This document shows positions 38,703-46,729 of a stretch of DNA of 52,399 nucleotides, piece after piece. Positions within the stretch are counted from its first letter, which is position 1. Each line of letters starts with the position of its first letter. The position numbers and the translations under genes were made by a program. This DNA comes from an uncultured Mycoplasmatota bacterium (GTDB taxonomy: Bacteria > Bacillota_I > Bacilli_A > RF39 > UBA660): contig CAMLWN010000003.1 of NCBI GenBank assembly GCA_946490195.1, positions 1 through 52,399 of the forward strand. The letters are read 5' to 3'. The notes under the pieces were generated by a model. The model was not told where the DNA came from. It did no database searches and was given only the letters and a program-made list of their open reading frames with translations.

Positions 38703-39411
38703 ATATATCGACTTCCTTTCTACTAACTTTAATATTTTTATTTTCAATAACTTTATAAGTGTCATAGCGATTAAATGAAGCAGGATTTTTAAAATAACGA
38801 TAAACCTTTTTTACGTCTCCCACGATATTCGTACCTGTTGACTCTTGAGAATTTATACTATTTCTGTCAATTAATGAATTTTTTTGCATAAAACCGAAGA
38901 ATTTTTTTTCGCAGAATATGACAACGTCGAATTGTTCGCGGAGTGGCTTCGCCATTCGCCCGAACACTTGCGACGTACAGACTATATGTTTACGTTGCTT
39001 GCGTTGTTGAGAAATTTGAGCCATTACAGAAATATCAATATTTTTACTCCCAAGAGAATTAAAATACAACTGTATTTCGTCAATTAAGAAAATCACGCCA
39101 TATTGTCCATTACTATATTTTTTTAAGTCGTCAGCTCCCTCAAAAAGAAAAACTCTTTCGTTATCAAAAGGATAATCAGTCAACTCAATATTTGTAACAA
39201 TTTTACACCTTGGATAAATTTTAGCTAAATTATAAACATAGTTAACAGCCGACAAAGTTTTTCCCGAACCTTGAGGACCACAAAAAACTATTAATCCGTC
39301 GGGGCGAAAGTAATAAGGATTTTTTTTGCGAAAATCTCTAGAAAACTTTATTTGCTTAAAAATGTTAAAAATATGACTTTCTTCTTTTAAAGCAAAATTA
39401 CTGGCTGCCAT
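38674..39411 (-). CDS. Zot-like / pI morphogenesis ATPase
   Basis: IVFCGPQGSGKT, IVTN, FLIDEIQ, QQRK...IVCTSQ..R....LR, YDT: the pattern of the inovirus marker ATPase. Confidence 0.9.
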   Translation of the reverse strand: MAASNFALKEESHIFNIFKQIKFSRDFRKKNPYYFRPDGLIVFCGPQGSGKTLSAVNYVYNLAKIYPRCKIVTNIELTDYPFDNERVFLFEGADDLKKYSNGQYGVIFLIDEIQLYFNSLGSKNIDISVMAQISQQRKQRKHIVCTSQVFGRMAKPLREQFDVVIFCEKKFFGFMQKNSLIDRNSINSQESTGTNIVGDVKKVYRYFKNPASFNRYDTYKVIENKNIKVSRKEVDIYGSELSNYY

Positions 39412-39514
39412 TTTTTTTCAATCCTTTAATAAAACTAAAGGCTTTACCAATAACAACGTTTAAACCTTTAAAAACTAAATAAAAAATTACTAACGAAAAT
39501 AACTGTTCAGCCAT
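39398..39514 (-). CDS. Small hydrophobic protein, 38 aa (not in ORF track)
   Basis: MAEQLFSLVIFYLVFKGLNVVIGKAFSFIKGLKKNGSQ; GAGGGA RBS; overlaps both neighbours. Confidence 0.55.
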   Translation of the reverse strand: MAEQLFSLVIFYLVFKGLNVVIGKAFSFIKGLKKNGSQ

Positions 39515-39662
39515 TTAAATCCCTCTTTTCTTCCATTTTTTCCCTTAATTGCTTTAATAATTGTTTTCTAACTCCCTTAGGATAACTATTAAACTCTTTC
39601 AACAAAATATATAAATTATTTAAATCTTGATAACTTAACTTATCTAATTCGTCAATTTTCAT
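39507..39662 (-). CDS. Small helical protein, 51 aa (not in ORF track)
   Basis: MKIDELDKLSYQDLNNLYILLKEFNSYPKGVRKQLLKQLREKMEEKRDLNG; GAGGGAG RBS. Confidence 0.6.
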   Translation of the reverse strand: MKIDELDKLSYQDLNNLYILLKEFNSYPKGVRKQLLKQLREKMEEKRDLNG

Positions 39663-39731
39663 TTTTAACTCCCTCTAAAAAAATAAAGAGGGTAACCTAA
39701 CACGGAACCCCCTTAAGCTAGATTATAACTA

Positions 39732-39926
39732 CTATAATCTAATACGACCAGCAGCAACTGCTGACGTGAACGCACGAATACACTTTCTAACACCTAACCA
39801 CATTAGGAAAAATCCCATTCCTACACCAACTACAGACGCTAAAACGGTTAAAACCTCTGCAGTAGTAATAGAACCGGTTAAGGCTTCAATGAACGCGCTG
39901 AAATCAACTACATTTGTTGGTTCCAT
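39732..39926 (-). CDS. Major coat protein (pVIII-like)
   Basis: 64 aa: acidic N-terminus, Ala/Val/Gly-rich TM helix, basic C-terminus (RK..R...GRIRL); AAGGGGG RBS. Confidence 0.75.
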   Translation of the reverse strand: MEPTNVVDFSAFIEALTGSITTAEVLTVLASVVGVGMGFFLMWLGVRKCIRAFTSAVAAGRIRL

Positions 39927-40061
39927 AAAAACGTTACCCCCTTTTTATTCCTGTAATTGTTTTGTCAGATAAGAAGTGACTTATCGTGAATAAAGGGATT
40001 TATGTACCCCCGAGAGTTCGGAGTGTCTGGCACAACCACAGAAAAGCCAGAAACTCTAGTT

Positions 40062-40214
40062 TTAATGTTTAGACTCTAACAAAACTTCTAAGATGCGAAT
40101 ATCCGAAAAATTTGCATGAACTTCGAGCTTTCTATCGCCAATTGTTAAAAGTAAAACTTTATATGGATTTCCAGACTTGGAAATCTTTTCAATTAATTCT
40201 GCTTTAACTTGCAT
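40062..40214 (-). CDS. pV-like single-stranded DNA-binding protein, 50 aa (not in ORF track)
   Basis: MQVKAELIEKISKSGNPYKVLLLTIGDRKLEVHANF...; the SKSGNPY hairpin resembles Ff gene V SRQGKPY; AAAGGAG RBS. Confidence 0.6.
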   Translation of the reverse strand: MQVKAELIEKISKSGNPYKVLLLTIGDRKLEVHANFSDIRILEVLLESKH

Positions 40215-40215
40215 T

Positions 40216-40464
40216 TTAATACACTCCTTTCATATATAAAAAAAGAGTAGCACACAAAAAAAGAGGTTTTGCCAATTCCTCTTTAAAATAATAAATTAAA
40301 TAATAAGTATTATTATATTGATATCTAATAAAATCACGTTTCAAAACTTGAAACTGTCTTAAAACATATCTTTTTCTTAATTCAGTAAACTTAACTAATT
40401 CTTCAATATTATCACAATAAGCGATTATATTATCATTTAAATCGTATACGATATAATATTCCAA
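40216..40464 (-). CDS. Small putative DNA-binding protein (NUMOD1/HTH-like; possible excision or activator factor)
   Basis: TTG start behind AGAAAGGA; YIVYDLNDNIIAYCDNIEELVKF; first gene next to attR. Confidence 0.5.
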   Translation of the reverse strand: MEYYIVYDLNDNIIAYCDNIEELVKFTELRKRYVLRQFQVLKRDFIRYQYNNTYYLIYYFKEELAKPLFLCATLFLYMKGVY

Positions 40465-40490
40465 AAATAATCCTTTCTAGATTATTTTAT

Positions 40491-40518
40491 ATGGGTTCAA
40501 ATCCCGTACGGGTCACCA
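40491..40518 (+). repeat. attR core (tRNA-Glu 3' fragment)
   Basis: Identical to 32711-32738. Confidence 0.85.
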
Positions 40519-40556
40519 ATTAAAAAATAATCCCCAGAAATGGGGTTTTAAAATAT

Positions 40557-40632
40557 GTCTCCATAGCTCAGTTGGTAGAGCAACTGACTCTTAATCAGTG
40601 GGTCCAGAGTTCGAGCCTCTGTGGGGACACCA
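40557..40632 (+). tRNA. tRNA-Lys (CTT), copy 2
   Basis: Same as 32742-32817 except one T-loop base (TTCGAGC vs TTCGAAC). Confidence 0.95.
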
Positions 40633-40643
40633 TTGAAGTATAT

Positions 40644-40680
40644 AACAAACCCTTTGTTTATAAGGGTTTGTTTTATTTTT
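40644..40680 (+). terminator. tRNA operon terminator
   Basis: AACAAACCCTT/AAGGGTTTGTT 11-bp stem plus T-run. Confidence 0.8.
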
Positions 40681-40699
40681 AAAATGATTGAAGGCAGAT

Positions 40700-41875
40700 T
40701 TATGAAATTTGTTTTAAAACAGATTGATAAGATTCTTTATGTAAATAACTTTGATCTAAAATTTCGGTATTTTCTAGATAAGAAAATTTAAAATGCAAAA
40801 TTTTTTTAACAGATTCATCAATTCTTTCCTCACTAATATTTTCCTTGATAACTTGAATGGCTTTTTCTGGGTGACTTGGCATCAATAGAAGGTCAACACC
40901 AGCCTCAACAGCCATTATATAAATATCTTCTTCAGTATAATTATTGGTTAAAGCTTGCATATTTAAAGCATCTGTAATAACAAGCCCTTGATAATTAAGT
41001 TTGTTTTTTAAAATATCAGTAATAATAGTTTTAGACAGACTTGCCGGGGTAGTATCATTTGTTATATTTGGAAATGCAATGTGACCAATCATGATAATTT
41101 TTGCATGATTAGCTATAGCTTCTTTAAAAGGAACAAGTTCAAAATCTTCTAACTCATCTAAATTTTTATAGATAATAGGGAGCGATGTGTGAGAATCGGT
41201 ATTAGTATCCCCATGTCCTGGAAAGTGTTTATATGTTGCAATAACATTTGTTTCTTCAATTCCTTTAGCAAAATTTGTACACATTGAAGAAACGAGAGTA
41301 GGAGAACTACCAAAGCTCCTATCTCCTATTCCTGTATTTTCTTCGCTTGTTACAATATCACATACAGGGGCATACACTACATTAATACCTAATGTTTTCA
41401 CTTGATTTGCCAGAATTTTTCCAGTTTCAAATGCTAAAAACGGATTGTTAGTTTTTCCAATATCATTCATACTTGGTATATAAGTAGGGGAAACATCTTT
41501 TAAAAGTTGCAATCTTTGAACTCGACCACCTTCTTGGTCTACAGAAACAATTAATGGAAATAAACTTAAATTTTTAACATCTTCTATATATTTCTTCGTT
41601 TCTTGAAAAGTAGTGATGTTTTCTTTATTTAAAATAATACCTCCGGGTTTAATTTTATTAAAAAGAGCAATGACTTCTTCATCTACTTTGGAATGTGTCT
41701 CATATAGAATAAGCATTTGTCCAATCTTTTCTTCAATTGTCATAGTTGAAAGAGCTTGTAAAACCTTTTCATCTATAGGGTTTATATTTTTCTCTGTAAA
41801 TTGAATTCGAAGAGAAAATAACAAAAATACCAAAACCAAACAAAGCAAAAAAATCATTTTTTTCATATTCTTCAT
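40700..41875 (-). CDS. nagZ: GH3 beta-N-acetylhexosaminidase (NagZ-like), membrane-anchored
   Basis: EEKIGQM, DQEGGRVQR, KHFPGHG.T..DSH, ITDALNM. Confidence 0.88.
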   Translation of the reverse strand: MKNMKKMIFLLCLVLVFLLFSLRIQFTEKNINPIDEKVLQALSTMTIEEKIGQMLILYETHSKVDEEVIALFNKIKPGGIILNKENITTFQETKKYIEDVKNLSLFPLIVSVDQEGGRVQRLQLLKDVSPTYIPSMNDIGKTNNPFLAFETGKILANQVKTLGINVVYAPVCDIVTSEENTGIGDRSFGSSPTLVSSMCTNFAKGIEETNVIATYKHFPGHGDTNTDSHTSLPIIYKNLDELEDFELVPFKEAIANHAKIIMIGHIAFPNITNDTTPASLSKTIITDILKNKLNYQGLVITDALNMQALTNNYTEEDIYIMAVEAGVDLLLMPSHPEKAIQVIKENISEERIDESVKKILHFKFSYLENTEILDQSYLHKESYQSVLKQIS

Positions 41876-41913
41876 CTCTACAAATAGTATAACAAAAAAA
41901 TACTGGAAAATAC

Positions 41914-41937
41914 AAAAAAAGACGAGTAAATCGTCTT
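41914..41937 (-). terminator. Intrinsic terminator
   Basis: AAGACGA/TCGTCTT stem followed by a T-run on the minus strand. Confidence 0.55.
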
Positions 41938-41941
41938 CGTC

Positions 41942-42805
41942 TTAGTAATTAGTAGCTGTTTTTAAATTATTAATAAAATCTTCCATAATAGTGAAGTAAT
42001 TTTCATTATTTTCACGATCTTCTTCAGATAAAGTATTCATCATATTGACAGTAATAGTCTTTGCATTGGTTTGCGTAGTAATTTCAGTAATCAATTCATT
42101 AGTTGGTTCCGTACTCTTAATAAGTAAATATTGATATGTCCCAGAATTAAAATTATTTTTTAATGTAGTTAAACTTGCACTTCCATTTTCATAGTCTTCT
42201 AAAGAAATCACTTGGAAACCATAATCTTCTAAAAATTTAAAAACATTTGAAGCAGCAATAATGGTATTTTGATTTCTTTCTTTTGCTTCTTTAGCGATAC
42301 TTCGAATATCTGCATCCATAATAGAAAGTTTTTCTTTTAATTCATCATATTTAGCGTCAATTTCTTCATTAATATACTTTGTACCAATTTGTTCTTCCAA
42401 ATTATCTTTAATATTGGAAGCAAGCATTAAATAATTACTTGGATTTAACCATAATTCTTCTACACCATATTTATATTTTAAGGAATATGCTGCATCAATA
42501 ACCTTTAGTTTACGATTACTGTTTGAAAAATCTTTTGCAAGTTCTTTTTCATCTGTTGTACCATTATATATAAAAATTTCAGCTTGACTATAGGTATCCT
42601 TTTGAGTATCAGTAAGTTCATATGTGGTAACATCTGTACCATCAGGATAAATAGATTGAATGGTTGAATGTGTTTCATATAAAGTCTTAGCCAGATATTC
42701 AATAGGATATGTAGTAGTATATAAAGTAGCGTTCTCCAAATTATTACATCCGCTTACAAGCAAACTCCCTATAAGTAAAAGAAGAATTTTTCTGATTTTT
42801 TTCAT
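41942..42805 (-). CDS. ZnuA/AdcA-fold ABC substrate-binding lipoprotein, metal-ligand His residues absent
   Basis: Lipobox VSG|C; TT.YPI, IYPDG, AEIFIYNG, WLNP motifs. Confidence 0.75.
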   Translation of the reverse strand: MKKIRKILLLLIGSLLVSGCNNLENATLYTTTYPIEYLAKTLYETHSTIQSIYPDGTDVTTYELTDTQKDTYSQAEIFIYNGTTDEKELAKDFSNSNRKLKVIDAAYSLKYKYGVEELWLNPSNYLMLASNIKDNLEEQIGTKYINEEIDAKYDELKEKLSIMDADIRSIAKEAKERNQNTIIAASNVFKFLEDYGFQVISLEDYENGSASLTTLKNNFNSGTYQYLLIKSTEPTNELITEITTQTNAKTITVNMMNTLSEEDRENNENYFTIMEDFINNLKTATNY

Positions 42806-43023
42806 TTTTCCAACTCCTTATGTAATGGTTGATACCCGTAAATTCCCCCTGGGCGACATTTGCTTATTCTTAAGAATCCTAATTTTAAACCTTTAAGCAC
42901 TCCATAATACTCTATAGCTTCAATCATATACTCGCTACAAGTAGGTATACATCTACAAAAACTATGAGAAGATAAAGGTGTGCATTGGTATAAGCGAATA
43001 AAAAAAATAAAAACCTTTTTCAA
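42802..43023 (-). CDS. yidD: Membrane protein insertion efficiency factor
   Basis: IRLYQ, CR..PTCSEY..EAI..YG..KG, RI.KC.P. Confidence 0.9.
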   Translation of the reverse strand: MKKVFIFFIRLYQCTPLSSHSFCRCIPTCSEYMIEAIEYYGVLKGLKLGFLRISKCRPGGIYGYQPLHKELEK

Positions 43024-43116
43024 ATAATCACCTTAAGAGTATTGTACTACAAAAAAGTTTACTTGTAAAACAACTTTTGCTTGTAGTATAATGATTGTGT
43101 TGAAAGTAGGGTTATT

Positions 43117-43773
43117 ATGGACTTCAAAGAATTTTTTAAAAAATACAAAATTGAATTAAAAAATCCAGAACTTATGCAAGTCGCATTCACGCATAGTTCG
43201 TATTCTAATGAACACCAAACAGATAATTATGAAAGGTTAGAATTTCTAGGGGATGCAGTTTTAGAGCTCATAACGAGTGAATACTTTTATTTACATACTG
43301 ATTTAAAAGAAGGAGATATGAGCAAAACTAGAGCATCGTTTGTATGCGAAAATGCTTTAGCCACTTATGCTAAAAATATAGGTCTCGATAAATATATATT
43401 AGTTGGCCATGGTCAAGAAGGCAAAGTAAATGATACGATTATTGCCGATGTTTTTGAAAGTGTTTTAGGAGCTATTTATTTAGATTGTGGATTTCAAAAA
43501 GCAAAAGAATATGCAGATAAAATTATTTTACCATACATCAAAGAAGGAGCTCATTTCTTAGGAGATTACAAATCACTTTTACAAGAAATGATTCAAACAG
43601 ATAGAAAAAGTTTAAGCTATGAATTAATTCGTGAAACAGGTCCTGCGCACGATAAGACATTTACAGTAAACGTGATAATTGATGGTATAGTATATGGAAC
43701 AGGAATAGGAAAAAGTAAAAAAGAAGCAGAACAAAAAGCAGCGTATGACGCTTATCAGAAAAGGGCGAGATAA
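43117..43773 (+). CDS. rnc: Ribonuclease III
   Basis: AFTHSSY, ERLEFLGDAVL, C-terminal dsRBD. Confidence 0.97.
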   Translation: MDFKEFFKKYKIELKNPELMQVAFTHSSYSNEHQTDNYERLEFLGDAVLELITSEYFYLHTDLKEGDMSKTRASFVCENALATYAKNIGLDKYILVGHGQEGKVNDTIIADVFESVLGAIYLDCGFQKAKEYADKIILPYIKEGAHFLGDYKSLLQEMIQTDRKSLSYELIRETGPAHDKTFTVNVIIDGIVYGTGIGKSKKEAEQKAAYDAYQKRAR

Positions 43774-43774
43774 C

Positions 43775-46729
43775 ATGAAATTAAAAAGTATCAGAGCATA
43801 TGGATTTAAATCCTTTGCAGATAAAATGGAAATTGAATTCAAAACAAATATAACAGCGATTGTCGGACCTAATGGCTCAGGAAAAAGTAATATTGTAGAT
43901 GCTGTTCGCTGGGTTTTGGGAGAACAGTCTGTAAAAAGTCTTCGTGGCTCATCTTCTATGAGCGACGTTATTTTTGCTGGTAGCGAAACAAGAGCCCCTT
44001 TTAAAAGGTGTGAAGTGGCTTTAACGTTTGACAATGAAAGTCATTTTTTAAATACAGATTTAAAAGAAGTAGAAATAAAACGAATTCTTTATTACACAGG
44101 TGAAAACGAATATTTTATTAATAACGTTAAAGTTCGACTTAAAGATATCACCAACATTTTACTTGATAGTGGAATAGGCATAGATGCTTATAATATTATC
44201 AGTCAAGGAAACATTGAAGCAATAGTAAACTCAAAACCTATAGATAGACGAGTAATTCTAGAAAGTGCTGCCCAAGTATTAAAATACAAAAATCGAAAAA
44301 ATGAGAGTTTACGAAAATTAGAAAAAACAAAAGACAACCTAGAAAAAGTAGATTTAGTCATCACAGAGCTAGAAAAAAGCGTTCTCCCACTAAAAGAACA
44401 AAGTGAAATAGCTAAAAAATATTTAGAATATGAAAGTGACTTAAAAAATCTAGAAATTTCTTTAACAGTTCATGACTTAAGTGAAATTCACGAAAATTAT
44501 CAAAGTGTGACAAAAAAAGTTGAAGAATTAGAAAGTGAAAAAGAAGCATTGCGAGCTAAAAATGCCAAAAAATCTTCTGAAGTGGAAAAATTTGAAGTCG
44601 AGCTATTAGATATTGAAAATAAAATAGAAGAAGCGAGCGAAAGACTTATTACATTAAACGAAAGATTAGCCAAATTACAAAGTGAAAGAACTTTATTAAT
44701 TGAACGTCAAAAATATGAAATCGCTAGCGAAAAAATAGATGAAAATTTATTGACATTAAAAGAAGAAGAAAATAGAATCCAAAAAGAAATGGCATTAGTA
44801 AAAGATGAAATAGAAAATTTAAAAGAAGAAAGCAAAAAAATAAAAAAAGAAATTGCTACTTTAGATGAACAAAATAGTTTATGGCAGTTGCAATATCGAA
44901 AATTTCAAAAAGAAAAAGAAGAATTAATTAAAAATGCCTTTACCTTAAAAAATGAAATTGACATTTTAGAGAATACTATAGAAAATGACCCAGGACTATC
45001 TTATGCGGTAAAAAATATTTTGAATCATCCTAGATTAAAAGGAATACATAACACCATTGGAAAAGTTATAGAGATAGATGAAAAATATAGTACGGCTATT
45101 GATGTAGCTTTAGGTGCCTCTGCAAATTTTTTAATTGTTGAAAATACCAAATGTGCAGAAGAAGCCATTAACTTTTTAAAAGAAAATAAATTAGGAAGAG
45201 CTACGTTTTTTCCATTAGATGTTATCTCTTCAAGGTATCTTCCGGGTACAATAGTTCACTTGATTGAAAAAGAAAAAGGATTTGTTGGTATAGCTAGCGA
45301 CCTAGTTAAAACTAACGAAACATATCAAAATATTTTAGAAAATCAATTAGGAAATGTAGTAGTCGTAGAAGATATGGATGCTTTAGAAAGAATTGGACAT
45401 ATTCTAAATCACAAATATCGCATCGTTACATTAGATGGCGAACTTTCTCATGCAGGCGGTTCTTTAACTGGAGGCTCATTGAAAAAAAGTATGAGCATTA
45501 TTGGAATGAAGATGGATGTAGAAAAAAAGAAAAAAGAGTTAGAAACCGTTCAAAATACATTAAAAGAGTATGAAAAAAGAGAAGGCAAATATCGAGAAGA
45601 ACAAATAGCAACAGAAGAGACTCATAAAAAGAATTTACTAAAAGAACAAATGATAGATGAAAATATTTTTAATAAAGAAAGACAAGCTACAGAATTAGAA
45701 AAAAAATTAGAAGAAATTTCAAAACAAATCGCAGGTGCATCTTCAATTAAAAGTGGCAGTTTAGAAGAAAGTATCCTTGGAATAATGAAAACCATTAGTG
45801 AAGTTGAAGTTGAAAAAGAAATTGTCACCAAAAAAATAGATGAAATGAAAACAAAGAAAAGTGAAATCTCTTCTCAAATTTCTAGCATAGAATTAGAAAA
45901 CAAAAAGTTTTCCACCAGCTTATATCAAACAGAGCAAGCTTTAAAAAATGAAAGTGTTTCTCTAGGAAAAATGGATACCAAAATGGATTATCTATTAAGC
46001 GTATTAAGCGAAAATTATCATTTGACTTATGAAAAAGCGAAAAGAGAATATCTTCTAGAAATCGAGCCGGAATTAGCTAGAATGAAAGTGAATTCTTTAC
46101 GAAAAGAAATGAAAGATTTAGGAACCGTAAATCTAGGAAGTATTGAAGAATATGAACGAGTAAATACGCGTTACGAATTTTTAAATACGCAAAAAAAGGA
46201 TTTAACAACAGCATGTGAAGACCTTTTAAAAATAATTGCTGAGATGGATGAAATTATGGTCGAAAAATTGAAAGAAGCTTTTGAAAAAATCCAAAAAGAA
46301 TTCTCTACGGTTTTCCATCAAATGTTTAAAGGTGGAGTAGGAAAGCTTGTATTAACAGACCCGGATAACATTTTAGAAACGGGTATTGATATTGTTGCAG
46401 AACCTCCTGGAAAAAAATTAAATAATATTCAATTATTATCCGGTGGAGAAAAAACTTTAACAGCCATTTCTCTATTATTTGCTATTTTAAACGTTTATCC
46501 AGTACCTTTTTGTATTTTAGATGAAGTAGAAGCAGCCTTAGATGAAGCAAACGTAGATACTTTTGGTAAATACTTAGTAAGTCAAAAGGAAAAAAGCGAA
46601 TTTATTTTGATTACTCATAAAAAAAGAACGATGGAATATGCCGACACTTTATATGGAATTACCATGCAAGAACAAGGAGTATCTAAAATAGTAAGCGTAA
46701 AATTGGAAGGAGTATCTGATGAAAAATAA
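43775..46729 (+). CDS. smc: Chromosome segregation protein SMC (984 aa)
   Basis: GFKSFA, GPNGSGKSN, SQG Q-loop, hinge GRATFFPL and GG.LTGG, LSGGEK, LDEVEAALD; start ATG 43775. Confidence 0.96.
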   Translation: MKLKSIRAYGFKSFADKMEIEFKTNITAIVGPNGSGKSNIVDAVRWVLGEQSVKSLRGSSSMSDVIFAGSETRAPFKRCEVALTFDNESHFLNTDLKEVEIKRILYYTGENEYFINNVKVRLKDITNILLDSGIGIDAYNIISQGNIEAIVNSKPIDRRVILESAAQVLKYKNRKNESLRKLEKTKDNLEKVDLVITELEKSVLPLKEQSEIAKKYLEYESDLKNLEISLTVHDLSEIHENYQSVTKKVEELESEKEALRAKNAKKSSEVEKFEVELLDIENKIEEASERLITLNERLAKLQSERTLLIERQKYEIASEKIDENLLTLKEEENRIQKEMALVKDEIENLKEESKKIKKEIATLDEQNSLWQLQYRKFQKEKEELIKNAFTLKNEIDILENTIENDPGLSYAVKNILNHPRLKGIHNTIGKVIEIDEKYSTAIDVALGASANFLIVENTKCAEEAINFLKENKLGRATFFPLDVISSRYLPGTIVHLIEKEKGFVGIASDLVKTNETYQNILENQLGNVVVVEDMDALERIGHILNHKYRIVTLDGELSHAGGSLTGGSLKKSMSIIGMKMDVEKKKKELETVQNTLKEYEKREGKYREEQIATEETHKKNLLKEQMIDENIFNKERQATELEKKLEEISKQIAGASSIKSGSLEESILGIMKTISEVEVEKEIVTKKIDEMKTKKSEISSQISSIELENKKFSTSLYQTEQALKNESVSLGKMDTKMDYLLSVLSENYHLTYEKAKREYLLEIEPELARMKVNSLRKEMKDLGTVNLGSIEEYERVNTRYEFLNTQKKDLTTACEDLLKIIAEMDEIMVEKLKEAFEKIQKEFSTVFHQMFKGGVGKLVLTDPDNILETGIDIVAEPPGKKLNNIQLLSGGEKTLTAISLLFAILNVYPVPFCILDEVEAALDEANVDTFGKYLVSQKEKSEFILITHKKRTMEYADTLYGITMQEQGVSKIVSVKLEGVSDEK

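Larger units (their letters stand above)
32711..40518. mobile_element. Integrated filamentous phage (inovirus-like) prophage, ~7.8 kb
   Basis: att repeats, tyrosine integrase, XRE repressor, HUH Rep, Zot/pI ATPase, pIII-like, pVI-like, major-coat-like and pV-like genes, small TM ORFs; T-rich coding strand; no terminase, portal or lysin. Confidence 0.9.

Noticed and set aside
38674-39411. Zot as an enterotoxin
   Set aside because: Only the 245-aa ATPase domain is present, in phage morphogenesis context; there is no C-terminal toxin extension.
39766-39972. Plus-strand ORF over the coat gene
   Set aside because: Antisense to the major-coat candidate; all neighbouring phage genes are on the minus strand.
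32742-40632. tRNA-Lys duplication as an assembly artefact
   Set aside because: The copies differ by one base and have different upstream spacers, and they flank an integrase-bearing element; read-level confirmation is still needed.
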